Part shown: in pieces, positions 26,618 through 35,853 of the stretch | Position numbering within the stretch: the first letter of the stretch is position 1 | How the letters are laid out: every line of letters begins with the position of its first letter | Program-made: the position numbers and the translations under genes | Notes under the pieces: model-generated | The model's database searches: none | Seen by the model: the letters and a program-made list of their open reading frames with translations, nothing else | What the model was told of the DNA's origin: nothing | Source: an uncultured Chloroflexia bacterium | GTDB lineage: Bacteria > Chloroflexota > Limnocylindria > Limnocylindrales > CSP1-4 | Assembly: GCA_963707215.1 (NCBI GenBank) | Contig: CAVPPB010000003.1 | Span: forward strand, 64,001-128,000 | DNA: 64,000 nt | Direction of reading: 5' to 3'

Positions 26618-28252
26618 TCAGTCTTCGCGGTCGCTGGTCGATCCAGGCCCGGGTTGGTCGGGAGCCGGCTCGACCGGGACGCCGGCATCAAGGTCGGCGC
26701 CCTCGGCCCAGGGTCCTAAATCACCGGCCGCGCCGGGTGTGACGCCCATCGCGCGCTGGCGAGCCGAGGACAGCGCTTCGGCCGAGGCGATGTGGATCTC
26801 CGAGGAGGCGGCCACGGCCGCCGTGTCGAACGCACCGGGCGGCGATGCCTCGAGGTCCTCCCGCTGGCCGAGCTCCTCGGGTCGAAGCGGACCGCGCAGG
26901 AAGACCGAGGCGATCCCGAAGCACACGACGAGGATGCCGATGGCCGTGATCACGAACGTCGTCCCGACGAGGTCGCTGATCGGCCCAACGATCAGGATCG
27001 GCAGGAAGCTGGCCACCGAGATGAGCATGTTCAGCACGCCGAAGACCCGGCCTCGGACCTCCTCTGGGAGCTCCTCCTGGAGCTGCGTCTGCGAGGTCAC
27101 GAACAGGAATGCGTAGGCGATCCCTGCCAGGAAGCCGATCGCGATGACCACCACGAGGAGCGACGTCCCGGCCGAGAACTCGACCACGTCCTGGCCCGCT
27201 CCGGCCTGGGTCACGAACCGGGCGATCGGGGCCGAGACTGCAAGCAGCCCGAGCAGGACGCCGAGGGCCACCAGCCCGACCTCGATGATCCGTCTGCGGG
27301 CGAGGAAGCGGCCGTACGTGTTCAGCAGGAGGATGCCGAGCACGACGCCGACCCCAAGCGGCAGGACGACGACCACGAAGTCCTTGGACTCCAGTCCCAG
27401 GACGTCCTTGGCGAAGTCGGGGCCGAGCACCCCGAGGACGCCGATCAGCGACGCCCCGATCGCCAGGTAGAGGAGCGACCAGGAGATGCTCCGGTGCGCC
27501 CGGATGTAGCCGAGGCCTTCGCGCAGCTCGGCGACCGTCCGACCGACCGCCTCGCGGGCCCCGTCGCGGCCCTCCCCGGTGGCCGCCGACACGACGGGCG
27601 GTGACGCCGGGAGGGCGAAGCAGAACGCGGCCGCGATGAGGTACAGGACGGCGACGACGACGATGACCGCTTCCGGCGAGGCGATGTTGACCACCAGCGG
27701 GCCGAGGAGGGCGAAGCCGATCGCGAACGAGGCATTAAGGGTGAAGACGAAGATCCCGTTGGCCGCGAGGAGCTGGCCGCGCGGCACGAGCGACGGGATC
27801 ATGGCGGCTTCGGCCGGGGCGAAGAAGACGGTCAGCGTGGAGACGGTGACGTTCATCGTCAGCAGCGCGAGCACACCAAGGCTCAGGACGGCGACCGGCG
27901 GGACCAGCTGGAGGGCGATGAAGAACGTCGCCGCATAGACGCCGGCCCGGGCGATGTTGGTGACGAGGAGGATCACTCGTCGGTCGTAGCGATCGACGTA
28001 GACGCCGGCCGCCGCGGAGAAGAGCACGGCCGGAGCCAGGTAGCTGATGATCAGGAGGCTGACCGCGGTGCTCGACCCGGTCGCGTCCGAGACGATGATG
28101 GTGAGCCCGAAGAGGACCATGTTGCCGCCGACCTGTGTCGCCAGCTGGGAGAGCCAGAGCAGCAGGAACGGTCGGTTCCGGAAGACCTCGATCGCGTTCC
28201 CGTCCGGTGCGCCGGGCGACGACGACGGAGCCGTAGACGGTTCCGTGCTCAC
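26618..28252 (-). CDS. MFS transporter (DHA3/MefA-like)
   Basis: NRPFLLLWLSQ, motif A GVYVDRYDRR, FF.PAE.A.IP.LV, Q..PEEVRGRVFG, about 12 TM. GTG 28252 overlaps the DUF951 stop. Confidence 0.85.
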   Translation of the reverse strand: MSTEPSTAPSSSPGAPDGNAIEVFRNRPFLLLWLSQLATQVGGNMVLFGLTIIVSDATGSSTAVSLLIISYLAPAVLFSAAAGVYVDRYDRRVILLVTNIARAGVYAATFFIALQLVPPVAVLSLGVLALLTMNVTVSTLTVFFAPAEAAMIPSLVPRGQLLAANGIFVFTLNASFAIGFALLGPLVVNIASPEAVIVVVAVLYLIAAAFCFALPASPPVVSAATGEGRDGAREAVGRTVAELREGLGYIRAHRSISWSLLYLAIGASLIGVLGVLGPDFAKDVLGLESKDFVVVVLPLGVGVVLGILLLNTYGRFLARRRIIEVGLVALGVLLGLLAVSAPIARFVTQAGAGQDVVEFSAGTSLLVVVIAIGFLAGIAYAFLFVTSQTQLQEELPEEVRGRVFGVLNMLISVASFLPILIVGPISDLVGTTFVITAIGILVVCFGIASVFLRGPLRPEELGQREDLEASPPGAFDTAAVAASSEIHIASAEALSSARQRAMGVTPGAAGDLGPWAEGADLDAGVPVEPAPDQPGPGSTSDRED

Positions 28253-28509
28253 CGGTCCGTAGCCGTGACCCGGGCGGACGGGATCGCCGGGTCCGGGCTC
28301 ATCATCCCTGGGCCACGCGCGACGAAGCCGGTCAACCGTCGTTCCAGGCGCCCGCGCTCGACGAGGACGTGGCGCCCGCAGCCACTGCAGCGAAGGCCGA
28401 TGTCCGCTCCCAGGCGATCGACGGTCCAGGTGTCCGCCCCGCACGGATGGGCTCGCCGAAGGCGCAGGACATCGCCCAGGGTCAGCGGCAGGACGGGTCG
28501 GTCGGCCAT
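28249..28509 (-). CDS. DUF951 family protein
   Basis: GDVLRLRR.HPCG...W...RLGADI.L.C.GCG pattern. Confidence 0.85.
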   Translation of the reverse strand: MADRPVLPLTLGDVLRLRRAHPCGADTWTVDRLGADIGLRCSGCGRHVLVERGRLERRLTGFVARGPGMMSPDPAIPSARVTATDR

Positions 28510-28522
28510 CGGGCCGAGGGTA

Positions 28523-29197
28523 TCAGAGCGTCGGCTGACCGTGAGCCGGGATCGCGGGCCGCGAGGTGGCCGGCAGGGAGAGGCGGTCGATCGGGGTCAC
28601 GGTGACCTCCACCTCGGGGCGGGTCGCCTCGAGGAGGGTGACGATCCCGCCCGGACGGGTCAGGGCCCCGGTGAGGCCGTCGGGGGATCCCACGGCGTCG
28701 ATCAAGAGGGGCGACTGGAGCGGGCGATCCTCGACCGAGAGGTCGCCCGCCGCGCCGGCGACGACCGTGGAACCGATGATCCGGACGCCGCCGATGGCCA
28801 TCGCCTCGGCCCCGGCGTTGCGGAGCTCGTTGAGGAGGTCCATGGCCGCCTCGCCGTCGAGTGGGCCGGCCACGGTGAGTCGGACGCCGCGCCCCTCCAC
28901 CGGCTCGAGGCCGCTCCAGGCACGGATCCGGTCCAGGTCGTCCTCCAGGGCGCCGAGGGTGGACTCGCCCCGTGCCCGGGAACCCTGGAGATCGCGCAAG
29001 TCACGCTCCTTGCTGGCGATCTCACCGCGCAACTGGTCGTTGCGCAGGTTCAGGTTGGCGATGATGACCGTCAGCTCCTGGGCGGTCCGGCCGGCGAGGT
29101 CCGCTCCGGGGTCGGTCGATCGGAGCTGCAGCACCACCAGGAACCCAAGCACGATGGCCACCGCGGTGAGGGCCAGCTGTGCCGCCGGTCGCCGCAT
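28523..29197 (-). CDS. DUF881 family protein
   Basis: N-terminal TM plus coiled coil, GL.PV.G.GV, NELRNAGAEAMAI.G.RI. Confidence 0.85.
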   Translation of the reverse strand: MRRPAAQLALTAVAIVLGFLVVLQLRSTDPGADLAGRTAQELTVIIANLNLRNDQLRGEIASKERDLRDLQGSRARGESTLGALEDDLDRIRAWSGLEPVEGRGVRLTVAGPLDGEAAMDLLNELRNAGAEAMAIGGVRIIGSTVVAGAAGDLSVEDRPLQSPLLIDAVGSPDGLTGALTRPGGIVTLLEATRPEVEVTVTPIDRLSLPATSRPAIPAHGQPTL

Positions 29198-29976
29198 CAG
29201 GAGTCCGCTCCCGCGGAGGGTGACGGCGCTGGTGACTCGATCGGCCTGGCATAGCGGATCGTGACCGAGCCGGCGAAGGCCGGGACGATCACCGAGTCCG
29301 GCTCGGCCACCGACACCCCGATGCCGAAGGCCTCGCTGCGGGCTCGGAGGAAGTCGACGAAGCCACTGGAGGCCGACAGGCGATCGAACAGCTCTTCGGA
29401 ACCGATCGCGGTGATCCGATATGGAGGCGTCAGGTACGCGGAGTTCACCAGGATCGAACCACCGATGTCCAGGATCGCGCTCGAGGCCGTCAGCCGCTCA
29501 CCGTTGACGGCGATCGCCTCGGCCCCGGCGAGCCATAGCTCCTCCGCGACGGTCCGGACGTCGAGGCCGGTGACCAGATAGTCGGTGTCATTGCCGCCCG
29601 GTGGGATCGAGACGGCTGCGTCGTCGAGCTGGAGGACGATCCCGGTGCCCTCGAGCGGTACGAGACCGGCGGCGATACGGGCCTCTTCGAGCCGGTCATT
29701 GAGCTCGTTGACCAGGGCTGCCGATCCCTCGCTCTCCATCTGGAGCCGACGGATCTCCTCGTCCAGTTCCAGGACCCGTACCTTGAGCTCGTCCTGCGTC
29801 GCCTGGAGGTCCAGGGCGGTCTGGACGAGCGGCGGCCGCTCCTGGGAGGTGTAGCGGACCCGGGGTGCCTCTGACGTCAGCTGGGCCGCAACCAGGAACC
29901 CGAGCGTCAGCAGCGCCAGCGCGAGCGTGATCTGCCAGGTCGGGATAGCGCGGACGCGCGCCGGCAAGCTGGTCAT
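29197..29976 (-). CDS. DUF881 family protein
   Basis: TM plus coiled coil, AGL..LEG.GI...L.D, ELW.AGAEAIAVNGERL...S.I, PPY.I.AIG. Confidence 0.87.
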   Translation of the reverse strand: MTSLPARVRAIPTWQITLALALLTLGFLVAAQLTSEAPRVRYTSQERPPLVQTALDLQATQDELKVRVLELDEEIRRLQMESEGSAALVNELNDRLEEARIAAGLVPLEGTGIVLQLDDAAVSIPPGGNDTDYLVTGLDVRTVAEELWLAGAEAIAVNGERLTASSAILDIGGSILVNSAYLTPPYRITAIGSEELFDRLSASSGFVDFLRARSEAFGIGVSVAEPDSVIVPAFAGSVTIRYARPIESPAPSPSAGADS

Positions 29977-31352
29977 GGGTCCGGGTGCTCAGACGACGAC
30001 GGCGATCCTTCCGTGACGCGACGACGACGGCCACGGACCAGCGCCAGGACCAGACCCGCTCCGGCCCCGATCGTGAGTCCAAGGACCAGCGGCCCCAGCC
30101 ACCTCCCGAGCCCGGCGTCGGTGGCACCCCCGTCGCCGGAGGTCGGCGCTCCCGGGGTCGCCGATGCCGTCGGGGCGACCGGGTCCTTGAGCGCCGTCCA
30201 GCCCGCCGGCAGTGGTCCAGGTGGATCGGGCTGCGGGCCGACAGGGTCCGGGACCTCGGCACCGAGGGACGCGAACCACTCGGCATTGAAGGCGGCCACG
30301 TCCATCCCGATCGCGGCCCGGAAGGCCTCGTCGTCGGTGACCCCGTCCTGGTAGGACCGGATGAGGCCGACCATCGCGTCCTCGCCGTACTGCGAGATCA
30401 GGTGGTCGAGCGCCGAAACGCTCTCGGCGTAGGCGAGGAAGAAGCCCTCGCGGGTCGTGGGGAACTGGCCGACGAGCCCGTCGAGCGGGATGAGCGAGCC
30501 ATCCTGGGCCGCAGCCTCGACGGCGCGTCGATCGCTTGGCTTGTAGCCCTCGGACAGGTAGCTGGCGAGCCCTTCGTTGAGCCACCTTGGTGGGAAGTGG
30601 TACGGGTTCGAGACGGCCGTGTCGAAGACGAGATGGACGAGCTCATGGGGTACGACGACCCCGACCCAGGGATCGTCGATCTCGTCGGGCGTGATGAGCG
30701 CGAAGAGCGTCCGGATCTCGGCGTTGGCCTGCCCTCCGACGTTCTCTCGGGTCCCCGGCCCGAGGGCGTCGTAGAAGGACGCCTGGTCGGCGTAGACGAA
30801 GAAGTCGATCGGGTCCGTCTCGGTGACGCCAAGCAGCGCTTCTGCCTCTCCGACAGCCGCCTCCCCGATGTCCAGCGCCCGGAGGGCGAACGCCTCGGAG
30901 CCCTCGTACCAGTGGACGCTCACGATGTCGCCGACGACGGTCCGCCAGGAGAAGCGATCGTCCTCGTAGCGGACCTCGACCGCGGGCCCCAGGTGGCTCG
31001 TGCCGTCCGCCGATCGCAGCCTCCACCGGGCCTCGACCAGCGTGTTCGGGAGAAGATGGCCGTCGGCCGAGAGGTCGAATCGGTGCTCGAGGACGTTGGA
31101 ACCCGCACGGCCCGGGACCGGGGTCTCGATGACCAGCGGCCCGATGGACGAAGGGAAGGTGAGGAGGAGCTCCACCCGATCGACGGCGGTTCCCAGCTCG
31201 ACCGGCTGGCGGAACTCGAGGCCCACCCCGAACCGACTCTCGGCCGTCGGTGTGCCGAAGTCGACGACGGCGACCGCCCGGGCCGGCGGCGGGGCGGCCA
31301 GGGCCAGGACGGCGACGACCATGGCCACGACGAGTCCGGCCTGGCGGCTCAC
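29973..31352 (-). CDS. Membrane-anchored zinc metallopeptidase (gluzincin / peptidase MA-like)
   Basis: Signal peptide, HELVH, WLNEGLA, AY.ES, Pro-rich linker, C-terminal TM with RRRR tail. Confidence 0.82.
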   Translation of the reverse strand: MSRQAGLVVAMVVAVLALAAPPPARAVAVVDFGTPTAESRFGVGLEFRQPVELGTAVDRVELLLTFPSSIGPLVIETPVPGRAGSNVLEHRFDLSADGHLLPNTLVEARWRLRSADGTSHLGPAVEVRYEDDRFSWRTVVGDIVSVHWYEGSEAFALRALDIGEAAVGEAEALLGVTETDPIDFFVYADQASFYDALGPGTRENVGGQANAEIRTLFALITPDEIDDPWVGVVVPHELVHLVFDTAVSNPYHFPPRWLNEGLASYLSEGYKPSDRRAVEAAAQDGSLIPLDGLVGQFPTTREGFFLAYAESVSALDHLISQYGEDAMVGLIRSYQDGVTDDEAFRAAIGMDVAAFNAEWFASLGAEVPDPVGPQPDPPGPLPAGWTALKDPVAPTASATPGAPTSGDGGATDAGLGRWLGPLVLGLTIGAGAGLVLALVRGRRRRVTEGSPSSSEHPDP

Positions 31353-32914
31353 TCCCATGCCAGCCCCGCCATCCGGATGATCGACAGGCCGTTCTGGCCG
31401 GCCCCGAGGAGACCCGCGCGCGACAGCGCCCAGGAGGTCGAGTACTCCAGGGGCACCACCGGCACATCACGCTGGACGATGGTCTCGGCTTCGTCGAAGG
31501 CTGTCTGGGCAGCGGCCGGGTCGGATGCCTCGAGCGCCCGCCCGATGGCGTCGTCGAACTCGGGTGAGGACCAGCGCCCGTAGTTGCTCGTCCGTCCCGT
31601 CCCGAGCAGGATCCCGAGGAAGTCGTTGCGGCCCGGGTAGTCGGCGACCCAGCCGAGCCCCCAGATCGCGGGCGGGTCCCTATCCAGGCGGGCCGTGTAG
31701 GTACCGAAGTCCATCGCCTCGACAGCCACGTCGACCCCCAGCTCCTCGCGGATCTGGGTCGCCACAGCCTCGTCGTGACCGACCGCCGTGACCATGGTGA
31801 CGGCCGGGAAACCGACCCCGTCCGGGAACCCAGCCTCGGCGAGCAGGGTCCTGGCCGCCTCCGGGTCGTGGACCGGCATGAAGTCACGCTCGGACCGACC
31901 CGGGATCCCGGGCGGGACCATGCTTGTGGCGGGCACCGCCGTTCCATCCGATGCCAGCTCGACGATGCGACGCCAGTCGACGGCGTGGCCGAAGGCCTGA
32001 CGCACCCGGACGTCGTCGAATGGCGGCCGAGACGCATCGAAGCCGAGATAGGAAACGGCCAGCGAGGGGACCTCGCGAAGCTGTGGCCCGAGCCCCGGGT
32101 CGTAGCGGATCCAGCTGGCGTCATAGACGCTGATCGGGGTGTAGTCGAGCTCCCCGTCCTCGAACGCCTCGACGGCGCTCTTCCCGCCGAGATCGGTCAC
32201 CAGGCGGATCCGGTCGATCGCCGGAGCACCGGCCCAGTACCGCTCGTTGGCGACGAGGTCGAACCCGTCCATGTCGATGCTCTCGACGCGATAGCCGCCA
32301 CTCACCGCCTGTCGTGTTGGGTCCTCCGTCCCGTCGAAGCCGGGGGGGACGATCCCGAAGCTCGGCCCTGAGACGATGGCCGGGAAGTCGCCGGTGGGCC
32401 GAACGAGGTCGACCTCAACCCGCAGCTCATCGACAGCTCGGAGGCCGACCGAAGATGCGTCACCCTCGCCACGCCGGTAGGCCTCGACGCCGACCACGTC
32501 GTCCATGAGCGAGGCCAGCGGCGAGGGCGACGCCGGGTCCACGACCCGGAGCCAGCTCCGGACGACGTCGGCCGCACCGAGGGCCGAACCGTCGGAGAAG
32601 GTCAGGCCAGGCCTCAGGACGAAGGTGATCCGCCGCGCGTCGGGCGAGACGTCCCAACGCTCAGCGAGCGCGGGTCGAAGCTCCAGCGAAGGATCGAAGG
32701 CCGTCAGGGACTCGAAGAGCTGGGCGATGAAGGCGGCCGAGCCGGCATCGCCGGCGGCAGCCGGGTCGAGCGTGGCCGGCTCGCCGACGGCGATCCGCGC
32801 TTCCGCGGCGGCCCGCCCGGGGTCAGCGCCCAGCAAGCCGCCCGCGAGGACGATGCCGATGACGCCGAAGAGGAGCGCCGCGCGAGCCATCGCGGGGACG
32901 ATCCTCCGGCTCAA
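31349..32914 (-). CDS. Peptide/nickel ABC transporter substrate-binding protein (family 5)
   Basis: P.TLDPA, LFESL, PALAERW.VS.D, FSDGS, PPFDDVRVRQAF, W.ADYP. Start TTG 32914 (TTGA overlap) or GTG 32929. Confidence 0.87.
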   Translation of the reverse strand: MSRRIVPAMARAALLFGVIGIVLAGGLLGADPGRAAAEARIAVGEPATLDPAAAGDAGSAAFIAQLFESLTAFDPSLELRPALAERWDVSPDARRITFVLRPGLTFSDGSALGAADVVRSWLRVVDPASPSPLASLMDDVVGVEAYRRGEGDASSVGLRAVDELRVEVDLVRPTGDFPAIVSGPSFGIVPPGFDGTEDPTRQAVSGGYRVESIDMDGFDLVANERYWAGAPAIDRIRLVTDLGGKSAVEAFEDGELDYTPISVYDASWIRYDPGLGPQLREVPSLAVSYLGFDASRPPFDDVRVRQAFGHAVDWRRIVELASDGTAVPATSMVPPGIPGRSERDFMPVHDPEAARTLLAEAGFPDGVGFPAVTMVTAVGHDEAVATQIREELGVDVAVEAMDFGTYTARLDRDPPAIWGLGWVADYPGRNDFLGILLGTGRTSNYGRWSSPEFDDAIGRALEASDPAAAQTAFDEAETIVQRDVPVVPLEYSTSWALSRAGLLGAGQNGLSIIRMAGLAWE

Positions 32915-33084
32915 GGTCGGAGATACCACGCGGCCGTCACCGGCAGGCCGTCACGGTCCTGGCCTCGGAAGCGGTGGAGCGGACGCTCGATGGGGACGGG
33001 CTGGCGCATCCGCGCCCGGGTGGCATCGGATGCTTCGCCGCCGAAGACAGCAAGTAGAGCGGCGATGCAGACCCAGCGGCGCAT
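32911..33084 (-). CDS. Small hypothetical protein (57 aa), apparently leaderless
   Basis: MRRWVCIAALLAVFGGE...WYLRP; TATACT 6 nt before the ATG; stop overlaps the SBP start. Confidence 0.55.
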   Translation of the reverse strand: MRRWVCIAALLAVFGGEASDATRARMRQPVPIERPLHRFRGQDRDGLPVTAAWYLRP

Positions 33085-33308
33085 GGGCCGAGTATAGGTT
33101 CGTCCGGCGGAATGCCCCGTCGGCAGGTCCGGGCAGGATTGAGGCCCCGTCGGACCACACCGCCGGGGGAACGATGTCATGTGACGGGGCCTCGCCGGGT
33201 AGAACGAAGGAGGCGCCAGCATCGTTAGGGGGGAGGGGCTCGCGACTTCTCGACGGGAGCGCCGGCGGCGGCCCCCACCGGGCCGAGGGCGGTAGCATCG
33301 ACGGCACG

Positions 33309-34850
33309 ATGTCCGCGCAGCTTCGCCTCCGTGACACCCTGCGACGATCGGTCGAGCCGGTCGAGATCCCGGACGGCCCCGTCCGCATGTACACCTGCGG
33401 GCCCACCGTCTACCGCTACGCTCACGTCGGCAACCTGCGCAGCTACCTTCTCGCGGACCTGATCCGCAGGGCCCTCCTCTACCACGGTCACCACGTACGC
33501 CATGTCAAGAACATCACCGATGTCGGCCACCTGCGCGACGAACGGCTCGATCAGGGTGAGGACCGGATGCTCGTCCAGGCCGGCCTCGAGGGAAGGAGCC
33601 CTGCCGAGATCGCCCATGCCTACGAGGCGGCCTTCCACGCCGACGAGGCGCTGGTCAACATCCTTCCTGCCCATGTGTTCCCGCGGGCCACTGAGCACAT
33701 CCCCGAGATGGTCGAGATCGTCGAACAGCTCGAGGACGCGGGAGCCGCCTATCGGTCGGAAGCGGGAAACGTCTACTTCGCCGTCGCACGGGCGGCCGGC
33801 TACGGGCGGCTCTCGGGCAACAGCCTCGACGAACTCCGAGCCGGCCACCGCGGCCAGATCGAGAGCGACAAGCGTGACCCGGCCGACTTCGCCCTCTGGA
33901 AGGCCGCCGGCGAGGGTCGTCTGCTGAAGTGGCCGACCACGCGCTACGGCGAGGGCTTTCCGGGTTGGCACATCGAGTGCTCGGCGATGGCGCTCCGCTA
34001 CCTGGGCGACCGCTTCGAGATCCACACCGGCGGCATCGACAACGTCTTCCCCCACCATGAGGACGAGATCGCCCAGTCGTCGGCGCTGACCGGGATCGTG
34101 CCGGCCGCCCACTGGGTCCACGGTGAGTTCCTGCTCATGGCCGGCCGCAAGATGGCCAAGTCGGCGGGCAACTTCCAGCGGATCACCGAGCTCCTGGACG
34201 AGGGCCTCGACCCCCTGGCGTTCCGCTACCTCTGCCTCACCGCTCGCTACGGTCGCAAGCTCGAGTACTCGACCGAGTCCATCCGGGCAGCCGCGGCCGG
34301 GTTGCGGTCGCTGCGGTCTGCGGTCGCCGACCTCGGGCCGGCTCCGATGACCGGACCGTGGACTCCCGATGCCCCCGTCATCGCGGGCCGCGCCCCCGGC
34401 CATCCGGTGGGTCTCGCCGAAGGGCCCACCGGCCACGGTCGCGGGACGGCGCCGCCGGTCCGCGACCGATCGCTGCTCCCGGCGCTCCCCTTCTCCCCGA
34501 CCGGGGCAGAGCTGCACCGTCGCTTCGTGACCGCCATCGACGACGATCTGGACACGCCAGCGGCTCTCGCGGTCGTTCGCGACATGCCGAGGGCTGGACT
34601 CGGTCCCGACGAGGCCCGTTGGCTCGTTCTCGACGCCGACCTGATCCTCGGTCTCGACCTCCATCGGTCCCCGGCGCCGCCCAGCGACGCTGACACGCCC
34701 GCGGCGGTCCGGGAGCTCCTCCGGCGACGGGCGATCGCCCGAGCCACCCACGACTACGCCGAGGCCGACGCGATCCGCGACGAGTTGGCCGACGAGGGTT
34801 GGCTCGTGGAGGATCGCTCGGACGGCACCTCGAGCGCCCGTCGAGGCTAG
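33309..34850 (+). CDS. cysS: Cysteine--tRNA ligase
   Basis: MYTCGPTVY, HVGN, NITDVGH, DFALWK, PGWHIECSAM, FPHHEDE, KMAKS, C-terminal anticodon domain. Confidence 0.93.
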   Translation: MSAQLRLRDTLRRSVEPVEIPDGPVRMYTCGPTVYRYAHVGNLRSYLLADLIRRALLYHGHHVRHVKNITDVGHLRDERLDQGEDRMLVQAGLEGRSPAEIAHAYEAAFHADEALVNILPAHVFPRATEHIPEMVEIVEQLEDAGAAYRSEAGNVYFAVARAAGYGRLSGNSLDELRAGHRGQIESDKRDPADFALWKAAGEGRLLKWPTTRYGEGFPGWHIECSAMALRYLGDRFEIHTGGIDNVFPHHEDEIAQSSALTGIVPAAHWVHGEFLLMAGRKMAKSAGNFQRITELLDEGLDPLAFRYLCLTARYGRKLEYSTESIRAAAAGLRSLRSAVADLGPAPMTGPWTPDAPVIAGRAPGHPVGLAEGPTGHGRGTAPPVRDRSLLPALPFSPTGAELHRRFVTAIDDDLDTPAALAVVRDMPRAGLGPDEARWLVLDADLILGLDLHRSPAPPSDADTPAAVRELLRRRAIARATHDYAEADAIRDELADEGWLVEDRSDGTSSARRG

Positions 34851-34860
34851 GCTCCCGTGA

Positions 34861-35853
34861 TCAGGATCGCCGGCTCGCGATCAAGAGGTCGCTCCGTCCC
34901 CTGAAGCGGTCGAGGATGCGGTAGAAGTTCCGGCGACTGAGGCGCTCCCGCTCGTCCTCAGGGAGGCTCGTGTAGCCCCGGTGCTCATGGCGGGCCAACG
35001 GCAGGACCAATCGGACCGCGCGCCGCGGCGGCCGCTCAGGGCCCTCGTCGCGGAGGACCAGGCTCCACCAGATGTCCAGGTTGCGGTAGAAGCGGAACCG
35101 CTCATCGAGAGGTCCCCGCTCGGCAGCGTCGCTCCGTCGGAACGCCTGGCAGTAGCCCTCGATCGCGTCGACGTCACCTGGCGGCGCGTCCTCGAACCGC
35201 CGAAGGTCGTCGGAGACGATCCCCCAGCCACCGGCGACCGCCACGGTCGGGTCGACAAGGGCATCGCGGAGCGGCGCCAGGAAGTCACCCTCTGGTTCGA
35301 GGCTCGTGTCGAGCAGGACGACCATCTCTCCTGTAGCCCGTCGGATGCCGCCGTTGGTCGCTGCACCGTGGCCCAGCCGCGCCGACGTCCGGAGGATCTC
35401 GACGACCGGTGGGCCATCCAGGTCGATGGCGTCCAGGGCCACGACCTGCTCCGGGGAGGGGTCGTCGGCCACGATCACCAGCTGTGTGTCGGGCGGCACA
35501 TGGCGCCGCAGGCCAGCGAGGCAGCGCTCGAGGTCGGCCGGCCAGTCGGTCGCCAACAGGACGACCGTGGCCGCTGTCATCGGTGCCTCGTCGAGCCGCG
35601 AGGGGACGCTCTCACTCCGACCGTACCGGACGAGGGCACCGTCTGCGACATCCGGCGGATGGACCGTCTCCAGCCGGTATGAGAGCCCCTGGTCGACGAC
35701 CCGCCACCCGCGCGCCTCGAGCTCGGATCGCAGGCGATCGGCGGCCTCCCACTCCTTGCCCGCGCGGGCGAGGGCCCGCTCGTCTGCAAGCGCCCGAACG
35801 TCGTCGGGGATCTCCGTCGATCCTTTCGAGCGAGGGCTAGCCGGCTCGCTCAT
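34861..35853 (-). CDS. GT2-like glycosyltransferase with N-terminal CysRS anticodon-binding-like domain
   Basis: Residues 15-62: R..AR..KEW..AD.LR.EL...GW.V.D. Then a GT-A pattern (LERCL, IVADD, G.GAA.N.G, VVLLDTS, GPLDERFRFY..LD). Confidence 0.8.
   Translation of the reverse strand: MSEPASPRSKGSTEIPDDVRALADERALARAGKEWEAADRLRSELEARGWRVVDQGLSYRLETVHPPDVADGALVRYGRSESVPSRLDEAPMTAATVVLLATDWPADLERCLAGLRRHVPPDTQLVIVADDPSPEQVVALDAIDLDGPPVVEILRTSARLGHGAATNGGIRRATGEMVVLLDTSLEPEGDFLAPLRDALVDPTVAVAGGWGIVSDDLRRFEDAPPGDVDAIEGYCQAFRRSDAAERGPLDERFRFYRNLDIWWSLVLRDEGPERPPRRAVRLVLPLARHEHRGYTSLPEDERERLSRRNFYRILDRFRGRSDLLIASRRS

Noticed and set aside
33309-35853. cysS plus glycosyltransferase as a mycothiol-type MshC/MshA pair
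   Set aside because: This CysRS keeps its anticodon domain (MshC lacks it) and the GT is GT-A/GT2-like, whereas MshA is GT-B.
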